Shown here one piece after another: positions 24,300-33,281 of a stretch of DNA of 44,835 nt. The position numbers and the translations under genes were made by a program. Under the pieces are notes generated by a model. That model saw only the letters and a list, made by a program, of their open reading frames with translations, made no database searches and was not told the DNA's origin. This DNA comes from Parcubacteria group bacterium (GTDB taxonomy: Bacteria; Patescibacteriota; Minisyncoccia; Phycocordibacterales; DATDWN01): positions 1 through 44,835 of the forward strand of contig DAORIV010000002.1 in assembly GCA_035438705.1 (NCBI GenBank). The letters are read 5' to 3'. Within the stretch, counting starts at the first letter, position 1; each line of letters starts with the position of its first letter.

Positions 24300-26018
24300 A
24301 TGAAAAAAATATACTTAATTTTGGCAGTTTCTTTTTTTACTTTCGGTACAAGCGCTAGTGCTTCAGATATTTCTTATTCTATAATTAATACTAATTCAAC
24401 AACTACTAACAGTTTTTCATTTTCGATAAATACTATTTTAAATAGAACAACATTTGATTGTGATTTGGGTTTGTATGAGTGCAAGCAAACAAAGGAGCAG
24501 GTGAACACAAGACTAGAAGACCCGTTAAAACTAGTTACGCTAGACTTCTTAAACGAAAAAGAGATAAATAAATCTACCTCAACTCCTACGACAGTTTCTG
24601 TATCCGGAGTAAAGAAAGATGATTTAGTTTTTGGAAATAAAGTAATTCCAAAAAACGCAAAGTTTTTGACCTACTCTCCAGATAGAAAAAAATTATCTTA
24701 TTTTCAGAGCGATGATGAGATGATCAAAACATATAAAAGTTTTATAACGGTTTTTGATGATGGAAAAACATTAGAGACGTTTGCTGCTAATGGTCCATGG
24801 GAGCTTGTCACAGATGTATATAGAATGTTTGACTATACTTCAGATAGTAAAAAGCTTGTCTATATAGATGATAGAGATGGAAGTAGCAAACTTTACTTAG
24901 TTGACTTAGATAATGCTAAAAATTTAATTGGGGAGTCACTTATTTCAAAGAAATACACTGTACTAGATTTTGTTGTAAGTGGCGACAGTGTTTACTTCAT
25001 TGCAAACAGAGAAGGTTTGTATAACTGGGGTCTTTTTGAATTAAATCTAAATACTAAAAAATTAAAAACAATTAGTCCGAATGTAATGTATACGAACGCA
25101 CTCTTGGTAGTTAATGACAATGTAATTTTTACGGAAAACAATAAAGGTCAGGGTAAAATAAAGGCATATAATACTAAAGAAGAGTTGGTAAAGGATTTTT
25201 CTGGCATTGTACAAGATGAAGTGGCTACTATTTCTTATAAAGTTATAAATAATAAAAATATAAGAGGTGTATTATATTCACCCAAGAAAGAAATTGCCTT
25301 AAATAAAGCTGTAATATGGCTTCATGGTGGACCTTTTAGACAAACTGCTACTGATAGGCATTCATACGGTAGCTACGCGACTTTTGATTGGATGTTGGAT
25401 GAATTGGTTAAATCAGGAGTCACTGTTTTGAAGTTGGATTATCCAGGAAGTATGGGGCAGGGCGTGGCCTATACAAATAGTATTGTGAAAAATGTCGGTA
25501 ATGTGGATGTTAAAAATGTCTCACTAGCAATTGATTATATTAAGTCACTCGGAACAAAAGAAGTATATCTATTTGGTAATAGTTATGGTGGGTACTTGTC
25601 AATAAAATCATTGGTGGATTTAAATTCAAAACTGTCCGGAGCTTTTGCAGTTGCTCCTGTGACTGATTGGAAAAAACTAATTGATGATGTATCTCCAACT
25701 CCTTTTGAGGTGCATTTTGGTGGAGTGTATAGTTCAAATAATAAGAATCTTTATGATAAGTCTAGTATTGTAAAGAATCTTTTAAAACTTAAGAAACCTT
25801 TGTATGTGTTTCATGGAGATTTAGATAAACAGGTTCCATTTAACCAATCTGAGTATTTATTCAAAGAGGCATTAAAAGTGAATAAAGAAATAAAATACTA
25901 TTCAATAAAAAATCAGGCGCATGTAATAAGTGGTGTGTCTCAGAATGAAGCGATATGTAATAAGTTGTTTGAGGGCATGTCGTTGTCAACAACTTCAGAA
26001 ACTTGTATTTTGCAATAG
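24300..26018 (+). CDS. S9-family serine peptidase (prolyl oligopeptidase/dipeptidyl peptidase type) with a signal peptide
   Basis: GNSYGGYL nucleophile elbow, WLHGGP, a C-terminal FHGDLD..H triad context, and an N-terminal propeller-like region. Confidence 0.8.
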   Translation: MKKIYLILAVSFFTFGTSASASDISYSIINTNSTTTNSFSFSINTILNRTTFDCDLGLYECKQTKEQVNTRLEDPLKLVTLDFLNEKEINKSTSTPTTVSVSGVKKDDLVFGNKVIPKNAKFLTYSPDRKKLSYFQSDDEMIKTYKSFITVFDDGKTLETFAANGPWELVTDVYRMFDYTSDSKKLVYIDDRDGSSKLYLVDLDNAKNLIGESLISKKYTVLDFVVSGDSVYFIANREGLYNWGLFELNLNTKKLKTISPNVMYTNALLVVNDNVIFTENNKGQGKIKAYNTKEELVKDFSGIVQDEVATISYKVINNKNIRGVLYSPKKEIALNKAVIWLHGGPFRQTATDRHSYGSYATFDWMLDELVKSGVTVLKLDYPGSMGQGVAYTNSIVKNVGNVDVKNVSLAIDYIKSLGTKEVYLFGNSYGGYLSIKSLVDLNSKLSGAFAVAPVTDWKKLIDDVSPTPFEVHFGGVYSSNNKNLYDKSSIVKNLLKLKKPLYVFHGDLDKQVPFNQSEYLFKEALKVNKEIKYYSIKNQAHVISGVSQNEAICNKLFEGMSLSTTSETCILQ

Positions 26019-26052
26019 AAAATTTGAATGTTTTGTGCTTAAATACTTAAAT

Positions 26053-27231
26053 ATGGAACTTGGACACACAAGCATTTGGTATTACTTCATCGTAATGCCA
26101 ATACTAATTCTTTTTTCAGCAATTTTCTTAAGATATATTCCATTTTATAAGAAAGTATTAACTGAAGAGGAGAAGGGAAGATTTGAAGCACTAGACGGAT
26201 TGAGGGGGATACTTGCTATAAATGTCTTTTTTCAACATGCAGTCACGAGTTGGTTCTACTTTCAAACGGGCGTGTGGGAGATAGTAAATATAAGGTTCTA
26301 TAGACATCTAGGGGGTGAAGCTGTAATACTTTTTCTAATTATGACCAGTTTCTTATATTGGTCCAAAATGATTCATCAAAAAGGGGAAGTGGATGAGGGG
26401 TATTTGTATAGAAGTCGTTTTCTTCGTTTGGCTCCAATGTATGTATTTTGTGCTGCAATTATTGTTTTTTCAATACTTATACAATCCGGCTTTGATATAG
26501 ATTTTAAACAAACAGCAAAAGATATTTTGTCGTGGTTAACTCTTGGACTGATTACCACACAATCAGTAAACAATATAAGTGTCTTGCCAGTAAATGCTGG
26601 AATACACTGGACACTTCACTTTGAGTGGCTGTTTTATTTAATGTTACCAATTTTGGCTATATTCTTACGAAGTAAAAAAATGTTGGTTATGGCATTACCA
26701 CTAGCCTTCTATGCTCTGTCATCTTCAGATAGAGGTTACTGGGCAATATTTTTCTTTGGAATAATTGCTGCACATATATACAACAAGTATCCAACTTTTT
26801 CTATTTACAAAAAAAGAGTATCTTCCATCCTGCCTATTTTGGGTATAGTTTTAGTTTATTTTATGAACTATAAACCATATTCTTTTTCACAATATATCGT
26901 ATCGATGTTTATTTTCTTAAGTTTTGTATACGGTGCAGATTTATGGGGATTTTTGAAAACATATGTTGCGAAGTTTTTGGGGACACTAAGTTATAGTATT
27001 TACCTTATACATGGAATAGTTCTTTTTGGAGTATTAAATTCTGTGGACTATTTCTACCCAATAGTTAATACGACTCCGATTCAGTTCTGGTCACTTATAA
27101 CTCTAAGTGGACTTTTGACAGTCGTCGTTTCCTCAATAACATATAGATTTATAGAATATCCTTTTATAAAAATGATAAAAACCTCTAAAGGGGAGACACC
27201 AATGGTGACTATTACCGAAAAAGTAATGTAG
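26053..27231 (+). CDS. Acyltransferase family 3 (OafA-like) membrane protein
   Basis: FEALDGLRGILAINVFFQH motif and about 10 TM helices. The start is moved to ATG 26053 to avoid overlapping the peptidase gene. Confidence 0.8.
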   Translation: MELGHTSIWYYFIVMPILILFSAIFLRYIPFYKKVLTEEEKGRFEALDGLRGILAINVFFQHAVTSWFYFQTGVWEIVNIRFYRHLGGEAVILFLIMTSFLYWSKMIHQKGEVDEGYLYRSRFLRLAPMYVFCAAIIVFSILIQSGFDIDFKQTAKDILSWLTLGLITTQSVNNISVLPVNAGIHWTLHFEWLFYLMLPILAIFLRSKKMLVMALPLAFYALSSSDRGYWAIFFFGIIAAHIYNKYPTFSIYKKRVSSILPILGIVLVYFMNYKPYSFSQYIVSMFIFLSFVYGADLWGFLKTYVAKFLGTLSYSIYLIHGIVLFGVLNSVDYFYPIVNTTPIQFWSLITLSGLLTVVVSSITYRFIEYPFIKMIKTSKGETPMVTITEKVM

Positions 27232-27240
27232 ATCCATTTC

Positions 27241-27269
27241 TTGCCAAAACGGGGGGTTTTTGGTAGAGT
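27241..27269 (+). promoter_or_regulatory. Promoter of rpmE
   Basis: TTGCCA (27241-27246), 17-nt spacer including TGg, TAGAGT (27264-27269). The ATG lies 9 nt downstream. Confidence 0.45.
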
Positions 27270-27278
27270 ATCCTAGCA

Positions 27279-27542
27279 ATGAAAAAAGACATACATCCAA
27301 AAAACTATAGACCAGTACTATTCATAGACAACTCAAACGGAGCTGAGTTCGTTATTTCGTCTACAGTAAATACTGAAGAAAAAGGTAAGGCAAAAGACGG
27401 CAAGGAATATCCTATATACAGACTTGAAATTTCAAGTGCTTCCCACCCTTTTTATACTGGAAATGAGAAGATTCTAGATAGTGCTGGAAGAGTAGAGAGA
27501 TTTAAGAACAAGGTTTCAAAGGCAAAAAATATAAAAAAATAA
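27279..27542 (+). CDS. rpmE: Ribosomal protein bL31 (type B, no CxxC)
   Basis: MKKDIHPKNY N-terminus and the SSASHPFYTG motif. Confidence 0.9.
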   Translation: MKKDIHPKNYRPVLFIDNSNGAEFVISSTVNTEEKGKAKDGKEYPIYRLEISSASHPFYTGNEKILDSAGRVERFKNKVSKAKNIKK

Positions 27543-27644
27543 CCTCGCTTGCGTTGTTGGACTTCATAATTTGATTGTCAATGTACTATCTGTACACCTC
27601 CAATCAAATTCCTTGTCCGCCTAGCATTCGAGGCTATTTTTTTT
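27543..27644 (+). repeat. Structured 3' element, family 3, copy 1 (terminator-like, ends in T8)
   Basis: Nested helices CCTCG/CGAGG, GGAC/GTCC and TTTGATTG/CAATCAAA surround the conserved core TCAATGTACnnnnTGTACACCTCC (27578-27601). Confidence 0.55.
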
Positions 27645-27690
27645 AATTTTTTATTTTCATTTACATATTCTGATATAATTAAATAACACA

Positions 27691-28668
27691 ATGGATTTAG
27701 AAAAATTTTCAAACAATCAAAAAACCTCTTACTTGGCAGAAAGTTATAAAAGGTTGGAAAAAGAGGAGGAAGCTACCAGAAAAATGATAGAAACTGATCC
27801 TGCTTTGGCAGAGCTGGCGAAAAGCGAGTTGGAGTCTTTGGTGTTGCAAAAAAGTGAAATACTAAAACAGATGGAAGAGATAATAAAGGAAGAAGAAAAA
27901 GAAGAGGAGTTTCCTAATGAAATTATTTTAGAAGTTCGTGCTGGTGCTGGTGGGGAAGAAGCTTCACTTTTTGCAGAAGAGTTGGCAAAAATGTATACAA
28001 CTTATTCAAAAAACCAAGGCTGGTCTGTTTTTGCCATAGATGAGTCCTTGTCTAGTACTGGGGGTTATAAAGAAGCCTCTTTTGAAATAAGAGGTAAGGG
28101 CGTCTATAAAGCACTTAGGTTTGAAACTGGGGTTCACAGAGTACAGAGAGTTCCAGCAACTGAGAAAAATGGAAGAGTGCATACATCCACAGCAACAGTG
28201 GCAGTTTTGCCAGTTAGAAAAAGAACAACAATAGTCATATCACCTTCAGATCTAGAAATAGAAACTAGTCGTTCGGGTGGGGCTGGAGGACAAAACGTAA
28301 ACAAAGTAGAAACAGCAGTTAGAATAATACACAAACCAACTGGTTTAGATGTTCGTTCAACAGCCGAAAGAAGTCAGTTAAAAAACAGAGAGAGAGCAAT
28401 GTCTATTTTGACTGCAAAGCTTCAAATGTTAAAAGATGAAGAAGAAGCGGCGAAATATTCATCTGATAGAAAGCTACAGGTTGGTACTGCAGATAGGTCT
28501 GAGAAAATAAGAACATACAATATTTTGCAGGATAGAATAACAGACCATAGAATTAAGCAGTCTTGGCATAATATTGAGAAGATACTGGCTGGGGAAATAG
28601 AGCCAGTGGTGGAAGCGATGGTCAATTTTACTGGAGAAGTGGGGGAAATGGTAGAAGATGTAGATTAA
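27691..28668 (+). CDS. prfA: Peptide chain release factor 1 (short form)
   Basis: RVQRVPATE (PxT motif) and [20 protein letters not shown] (GGQ motif). Confidence 0.9.
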   Translation: MDLEKFSNNQKTSYLAESYKRLEKEEEATRKMIETDPALAELAKSELESLVLQKSEILKQMEEIIKEEEKEEEFPNEIILEVRAGAGGEEASLFAEELAKMYTTYSKNQGWSVFAIDESLSSTGGYKEASFEIRGKGVYKALRFETGVHRVQRVPATEKNGRVHTSTATVAVLPVRKRTTIVISPSDLEIETSRSGGAGGQNVNKVETAVRIIHKPTGLDVRSTAERSQLKNRERAMSILTAKLQMLKDEEEAAKYSSDRKLQVGTADRSEKIRTYNILQDRITDHRIKQSWHNIEKILAGEIEPVVEAMVNFTGEVGEMVEDVD

Positions 28669-28678
28669 TGTACAGTCT

Positions 28679-28710
28679 GCCCCTTAAGGTTGCAAATAAG
28701 GGGTGTTTCT
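28679..28710 (+). terminator. Hairpin terminator after prfA
   Basis: GCCCCTTA aggttgcaaa TAAGGGG followed by tgtttctgtt. Confidence 0.5.
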
Positions 28711-28729
28711 GTTAAGATAATCCCCACGT

Positions 28730-29446
28730 ATGACAAAAACAGATAATTCTTCAAATAGTGGAAATGGCGTAGTTGACGCTCTATTTTCTGCTGGAGCTCA
28801 CTTCGGTTTCATAAAATCTAGAAGACACCCAAGTGCAAAACCATTTATTTTTGGTGTTAAAAACAATATAGAAATATTTGATCTTGAAAAAACAAAAGAT
28901 TCTTTAAAGGAGGCTTTGGATTATGTTTCAGAACTAGGTTCAAGAAACGCTTCAATTCTTTTTGTAAGTGGTAAAAGTGAAGCAAAGGCTGCTATAACAG
29001 CTGGAGCAGAGAGTATAAACATGCCATATGTTGCTGGAAGATTTATTGGTGGGACTTTAACTAACTTTCCTGAAATTAAAAAAAGAGTAGAAAAACTTGA
29101 GTCATGGATATCACAGAAAGAAAAAGGTGAGCTTGTTAAATACACTAAAAAAGAGAGACTATTGATTGATAGAGAGATTGAAAAGCTAAGAACATTCTTT
29201 TTCGGTCTTTCAGTTATGAAGAGACTTCCAGAAGCTATTTTTATAGTAGACAGTAAAAAGGAACACATTGCTCTTAAAGAAGCAAAAACTATGGGAATCC
29301 CAGTTATTGCTCTTTGTGGAACAGACAACAATCTAAACGATGTAGAATATGCTATACCTGGCAATGATTCATCTAGAACAAGTATAGAGTTTTTCATAAA
29401 ACAAATTGTTGATAGTTACAAGAACGGACAACTAAAAAAAGCTTAA
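28730..29446 (+). CDS. rpsB: Ribosomal protein uS2
   Basis: GAHFGFIKSRRHPSAKPFIFG and the conserved C-terminal half. tsf lies downstream. Confidence 0.95.
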   Translation: MTKTDNSSNSGNGVVDALFSAGAHFGFIKSRRHPSAKPFIFGVKNNIEIFDLEKTKDSLKEALDYVSELGSRNASILFVSGKSEAKAAITAGAESINMPYVAGRFIGGTLTNFPEIKKRVEKLESWISQKEKGELVKYTKKERLLIDREIEKLRTFFFGLSVMKRLPEAIFIVDSKKEHIALKEAKTMGIPVIALCGTDNNLNDVEYAIPGNDSSRTSIEFFIKQIVDSYKNGQLKKA

Positions 29447-29499
29447 TTCTGCTTTTTACAACTTGATTCGTTCCCTATAATTAGTTATTCTTAATACAT

Positions 29500-29991
29500 A
29501 TGGAAATTACAACAGAGTTAGTAAAGGAGCTTAGAGACAAAACAGGTGTTTCTGTCATGCAATGTAAAAAAGCATTGGAAGAGACAGGTGGTGATATCGA
29601 AAAAGCTACTGCAATCTTACTAGAAAAAAGTGCAGAAATTGCTAATAAAAAAAGTGATAGAACTTTAGGAGCTGGTTTTATAGCTACATATGTTCATGCT
29701 ACAGGTAACGCTGGTGCTATGCTTGAATTATTGTGTGAGACAGATTTCGTTGCCAAAAATGATGAATTTAAGGCTTTAGCTAGAGATATAGCTATGCAAG
29801 TTACTGCTACTAACCCAGCATATGTTAAACCTGAGGATGTTAAAGAAGGTGAGGAGGCTGAAGCATTACTCTCTCAAGCTTTTATAAAAAATCCAGAAAT
29901 GACTGTTAAGAATCTACTTGAATCAGCTACACAAAAATTCGGTGAAAAAATCGAGATATCTAGATTTGTTAGATATTCTGTAGGAGAATAA
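29500..29991 (+). CDS. tsf: Elongation factor Ts (short form)
   Basis: ELVKELRDKTGVSVMQCKKALEETGGDIEKA UBA-like N-terminus, followed by LLCETDFVAKNDEF. Confidence 0.9.
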   Translation: MEITTELVKELRDKTGVSVMQCKKALEETGGDIEKATAILLEKSAEIANKKSDRTLGAGFIATYVHATGNAGAMLELLCETDFVAKNDEFKALARDIAMQVTATNPAYVKPEDVKEGEEAEALLSQAFIKNPEMTVKNLLESATQKFGEKIEISRFVRYSVGE

Positions 29992-30005
29992 TTTTCCACA
30001 ATTTT

Positions 30006-30359
30006 ATGACAACTATAATATTTATAGTTTCTTTTATAGCCCTTGTTTCACTTGTACTTTTTAGGGTTATAGAGAATAAATTTAATTTTGGTTTTTTGGT
30101 TAATTTCTATAAAAAGGGAGACGATTTTATTGAATCATCGATCTCATATTTTCTATTAAGATACAATTACTTTAAGAAAGTTGGACAGATTTTCTTTTTT
30201 GAGTTTATACCATCACTTGTTTATGAGTTTTTGGTTAAATCTAAAGACTATGTAGCAAAGAGATACTACAACCAGGCTAACGAGTTTCGAGGCAGAAGAA
30301 TGCTGAGAAATGATGGTTCCGTGTCTGCGTTTCTAGAACAACTTTCCGGAGATAAATAG
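30006..30359 (+). CDS. Hypothetical membrane-anchored protein
   Basis: 117-aa ORF with an N-terminal TM helix and no recognisable motif. Confidence 0.45.
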   Translation: MTTIIFIVSFIALVSLVLFRVIENKFNFGFLVNFYKKGDDFIESSISYFLLRYNYFKKVGQIFFFEFIPSLVYEFLVKSKDYVAKRYYNQANEFRGRRMLRNDGSVSAFLEQLSGDK

Positions 30360-30397
30360 TTGAAAAAAATAGAAAGTAGTGATAGATTAGTAGAGTT

Positions 30398-30473
30398 GCC
30401 ACCTTAGCTCAGTTGGTAGAGCAGCTGTTTTGTAAACAGCAGGTCGTCAGTTCAAGCCTGACAGGTGGCTCCA
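30398..30473 (+). tRNA. tRNA-Thr (anticodon UGU), CCA encoded
   Basis: Full cloverleaf: acceptor GCCACCT/AGGTGGC, D arm GCTC..GAGC, anticodon stem GCTGT/ACAGC with loop TTTGTAA, T arm GTCAG TTCAAGC CTGAC, discriminator T, CCA. Confidence 0.9.
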
Positions 30474-30477
30474 ATAA

Positions 30478-30502
30478 AAAATCCCTCATACAGAGGGATT
30501 TT
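30478..30502. terminator. Bidirectional intrinsic terminator
   Basis: AAAATCCCTC ataca GAGGGATTTT between the tRNA and the convergent gene. Confidence 0.75.
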
Positions 30503-30503
30503 A

Positions 30504-31193
30504 TTATTGTTGTTTAGTACTAGTTGCCTTTTGGTTCTGTGCTTTTACTTTTGCCAATTCAGGAATTATTTTTTCAATTTCTTCGATATTTTTGAATCCA
30601 TAGTAAACCTTTCCTTTTATTACCAACGCAGGGAGCTCATTTTTAACTTTGTTAATAGATATAAGTGTTTTAACAGCAGACATGTCCATATCGTAGTCAA
30701 AAGAGTAAACTCGTAGATCAGGGTAGGTTTCTCTAAGTCTTGTAAGTACGTAGCCCTCTCTTTCACAATCTTTACAACTGTCACTATTTGAATAGAAGTA
30801 TATTATTGATAATGGAGTTTTTTTACATTTTTCACTAATTTTATTCATGAGTAGGTAGTCTTTTATTTCAAGTAGAGAATAGTACTTTTTAAGAGTTTGA
30901 ACCTCTGGGTCGTCTACTCCTCGCTCATTTTCTGTGTATGAGAGTTTTGCTTCAAGATTCGATAGTTCTGTGGATAGAGAACCAGTGCCTACGTCTTCAC
31001 AACTAGATTCCTCAAGTAGTGAAAACTGAGTTTCAGAGGAAAGAATATCTATAGATATTTTATCTTGAATATTTCTAATTTCTTCTATCTTTTTTTGTCC
31101 AAAATAGTTGGATAGATAAATAGCCGTTCCAAAAATAATTGAAGTAATAAGAAAAGAGAATATGTATTTTTTATAGTCTACGCTTTTATTCAT
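30504..31193 (-). CDS. Membrane-anchored thioredoxin-fold protein with CxxC
   Basis: N-terminal TM helix. The C-terminal segment IIYFYSNSDSCKDCEREGYVL..LPALVIKGKVYYG is thioredoxin/glutaredoxin-like. Confidence 0.6.
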   Translation of the reverse strand: MNKSVDYKKYIFSFLITSIIFGTAIYLSNYFGQKKIEEIRNIQDKISIDILSSETQFSLLEESSCEDVGTGSLSTELSNLEAKLSYTENERGVDDPEVQTLKKYYSLLEIKDYLLMNKISEKCKKTPLSIIYFYSNSDSCKDCEREGYVLTRLRETYPDLRVYSFDYDMDMSAVKTLISINKVKNELPALVIKGKVYYGFKNIEEIEKIIPELAKVKAQNQKATSTKQQ

Positions 31194-31202
31194 TTTTTTA
31201 GA

Positions 31203-32483
31203 TTATCTCCAAGTGGTTCTTACTCCTAATGCAGCATTCCAAGCTGCCTTTCCTATCCACAGTGGAGCTATAAACATATACAAAGATAGGTAATAAATCA
31301 AATCCATACCAAAGTTTATTTTACCCTCAGACATTTTTTTTGAAGCAAGTATCATTGAGATTGAACCCAGAGCTACCACCAAACTAACTAGTGCGATTAG
31401 TTCTGTATTTATATAAAACAGATCAAAAGTAGGAAGTTTAAAACTAGGGTTGATTCCAACTGTCTGTATTCTAATAATTTGGTCAACCAAACCTTGTGTA
31501 AGGCTGTATATTGAAACAATAGATACGTACAAAACTGATATGATAGATATGCAGGCCATAGGAAGTATGAGCATTCCTACGTTTCCATATTTTCTATTGA
31601 ATATCATATCTCGATAGTCAAAAGCATTTTTTATAAAACCATGTGACCACCTTACTCTTTGTTTTAAAAGTTTCGGTAGGGTCTTGGGAGGTACAGTGTA
31701 AACATAAGCATTATGTGCGTGAGCTATTTTAAATCCATTTTTCTGCATTCTTAGGGCAATTTCTATGTCTTCACATTGGTGAGCGTGTTTGTATGGGCCA
31801 AGTTTTTCAAAAACTTCTTTTCTGAATATGGAGAATGGTCCAGGAGTAATATATATTGCATCCATGTAGTGGTAAAGTTTTCTGGTAAATATACCAAAGC
31901 CATATTCAACTTTCTGAAGTAGTTGTAAGACAGAAGTCGGCTTCCAAAGAAGTATAGAAGGAGCAACAGCCATAGTTTCTTTATCTTCAAAGTAAAGAGC
32001 AACTTTTTTCATACTATCTTTGTGTACATATGAATCAGCATCTAGGCATCCGATAAGTTCAGTATCCATTTTTGATATCGCATAATTAAGTGCGGTATGT
32101 TTACCGCCGTTTTCTTTTCTATGAAGTAATACTTGAGGGTTGTTTTTAAAACTTTGTACCACAGACCAGGTATTATCTGTTGAACCATCATCTACAACCA
32201 TTACTTTCAGTTTGTTTTTTGGGTAGTCTAGTTTAAGTATGGAGTGTATTGTCCCCGAAACCGTCTTTTCTTCGTTCCAACAAGGCACAACTATTGTTAC
32301 AGAAGGGTAGTATTTTAGTTTTACATTGTTTTGAGCTTCTTTTTCTTTTTTTATTCCATTTCTATTCTCAAAATAAGTTATAAGCAAAAAAATCTCAAAG
32401 TTAAGTGAGGCAAATAGGAATATATATGTTATTAAATGGTTTATATCTGGCATATCTGGACTTGTGACGTGTTTTGTAGTCAT
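31203..32483 (-). CDS. Processive family-2 glycosyltransferase with TM domains
   Basis: VTIVVPCWNEE, VVDDGSTDNT, DAD and QRVRWSHG (QxxRW) motifs with flanking TM helices. The start is ambiguous (GTG 32492, ATG 32483 or ATG 32453). Confidence 0.8.
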   Translation of the reverse strand: MTTKHVTSPDMPDINHLITYIFLFASLNFEIFLLITYFENRNGIKKEKEAQNNVKLKYYPSVTIVVPCWNEEKTVSGTIHSILKLDYPKNKLKVMVVDDGSTDNTWSVVQSFKNNPQVLLHRKENGGKHTALNYAISKMDTELIGCLDADSYVHKDSMKKVALYFEDKETMAVAPSILLWKPTSVLQLLQKVEYGFGIFTRKLYHYMDAIYITPGPFSIFRKEVFEKLGPYKHAHQCEDIEIALRMQKNGFKIAHAHNAYVYTVPPKTLPKLLKQRVRWSHGFIKNAFDYRDMIFNRKYGNVGMLILPMACISIISVLYVSIVSIYSLTQGLVDQIIRIQTVGINPSFKLPTFDLFYINTELIALVSLVVALGSISMILASKKMSEGKINFGMDLIYYLSLYMFIAPLWIGKAAWNAALGVRTTWR

Positions 32484-32535
32484 ATAATACACTTTTTCTG
32501 GATGTTTTTCAATGTTTGGGCTACAATGATGAAAT

Positions 32536-33276
32536 ATGGAAAAGAATGATGGAAACTCTGGGCATATCCACCCACTAACTCTTGTTTTGAAAGATATAAA
32601 TAGAATCTTTACAGAAATGGGTTTCAGTATTGCAGGTGGCCCAGAAATTGAAACAGAATTCTATAATTTCGATACTTTAAACATCCCGGAACATCATCCA
32701 GCTCGAGATATGTGGGATACCTTTTGGCTTAAACCTCTTAACGCACGTAAACTTTTGCGTACTCATACTTCTCCAGTACAAGTTCGCTTCATGGAAGCGA
32801 ATAAACCACCTATAAAAATTATTGCGCCAGGAAAAGTGTTTCGACATGAGGCAACAGATGCTACCCATGAAGCACAGTTTTACCAATTAGAAGGTTTGGT
32901 GGTCGGAGAGAATATTTCTATTGCAAATCTAAAGTGGACACTGGAAGAATTTTTTGAAAAACTTTTTAATAAGAAAACTTCTGTAAGACTTAGACCAAGT
33001 TACTTTCCATTCGTTGAGCCTGGAGTAGAAATTGATATGCAATGTTTCAAATGTGGAGGTGATGGATGTAATGTTTGTAAGGGAACAGGTTATATAGAAA
33101 TAATGGGAGCAGGTCTAGTACATCCAAAGGTTTTGGAAAGTAGTGGAATAGATAGTAAAAAATATTCTGGTTTTGCTTTTGGTTGCGGAGTGGATAGGCT
33201 AGTTATGCTTAAATACGGTGTAGATGACGTAAGACTTTTGTACCAAGGAGATCTTCGACTGATAAATCAATTCTAA
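32536..33276 (+). CDS. pheS: Phenylalanine--tRNA ligase alpha subunit (short, lacks the N-terminal coiled coil)
   Basis: [20 protein letters not shown] and the class II motif 3 [11 protein letters not shown]. Confidence 0.95.
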   Translation: MEKNDGNSGHIHPLTLVLKDINRIFTEMGFSIAGGPEIETEFYNFDTLNIPEHHPARDMWDTFWLKPLNARKLLRTHTSPVQVRFMEANKPPIKIIAPGKVFRHEATDATHEAQFYQLEGLVVGENISIANLKWTLEEFFEKLFNKKTSVRLRPSYFPFVEPGVEIDMQCFKCGGDGCNVCKGTGYIEIMGAGLVHPKVLESSGIDSKKYSGFAFGCGVDRLVMLKYGVDDVRLLYQGDLRLINQF

Positions 33277-33281
33277 AATTT

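Noticed and set aside
28921-29397. Long antisense ORFs in the track: 28921-29397(-) opposite rpsB, 33836-34252(-) and 34541-34912(-) opposite pheT, 41977-42402(+) opposite dnaE, 16612-16923(-) opposite tkt, and many shorter ones.
   Set aside because: They lie entirely inside well-supported conserved genes on the other strand. They have S/L/F/I-rich low-complexity products and no start signals. They are typical shadow ORFs of AT-rich coding DNA.
33043-33090. CxxCxGxGCxxCxGxG zinc-knuckle-like insert in PheS as a novelty.
   Set aside because: The same cysteine cluster occurs at this position in PheS of many bacteria (for example Bacillus-type enzymes). It is an ordinary family feature.
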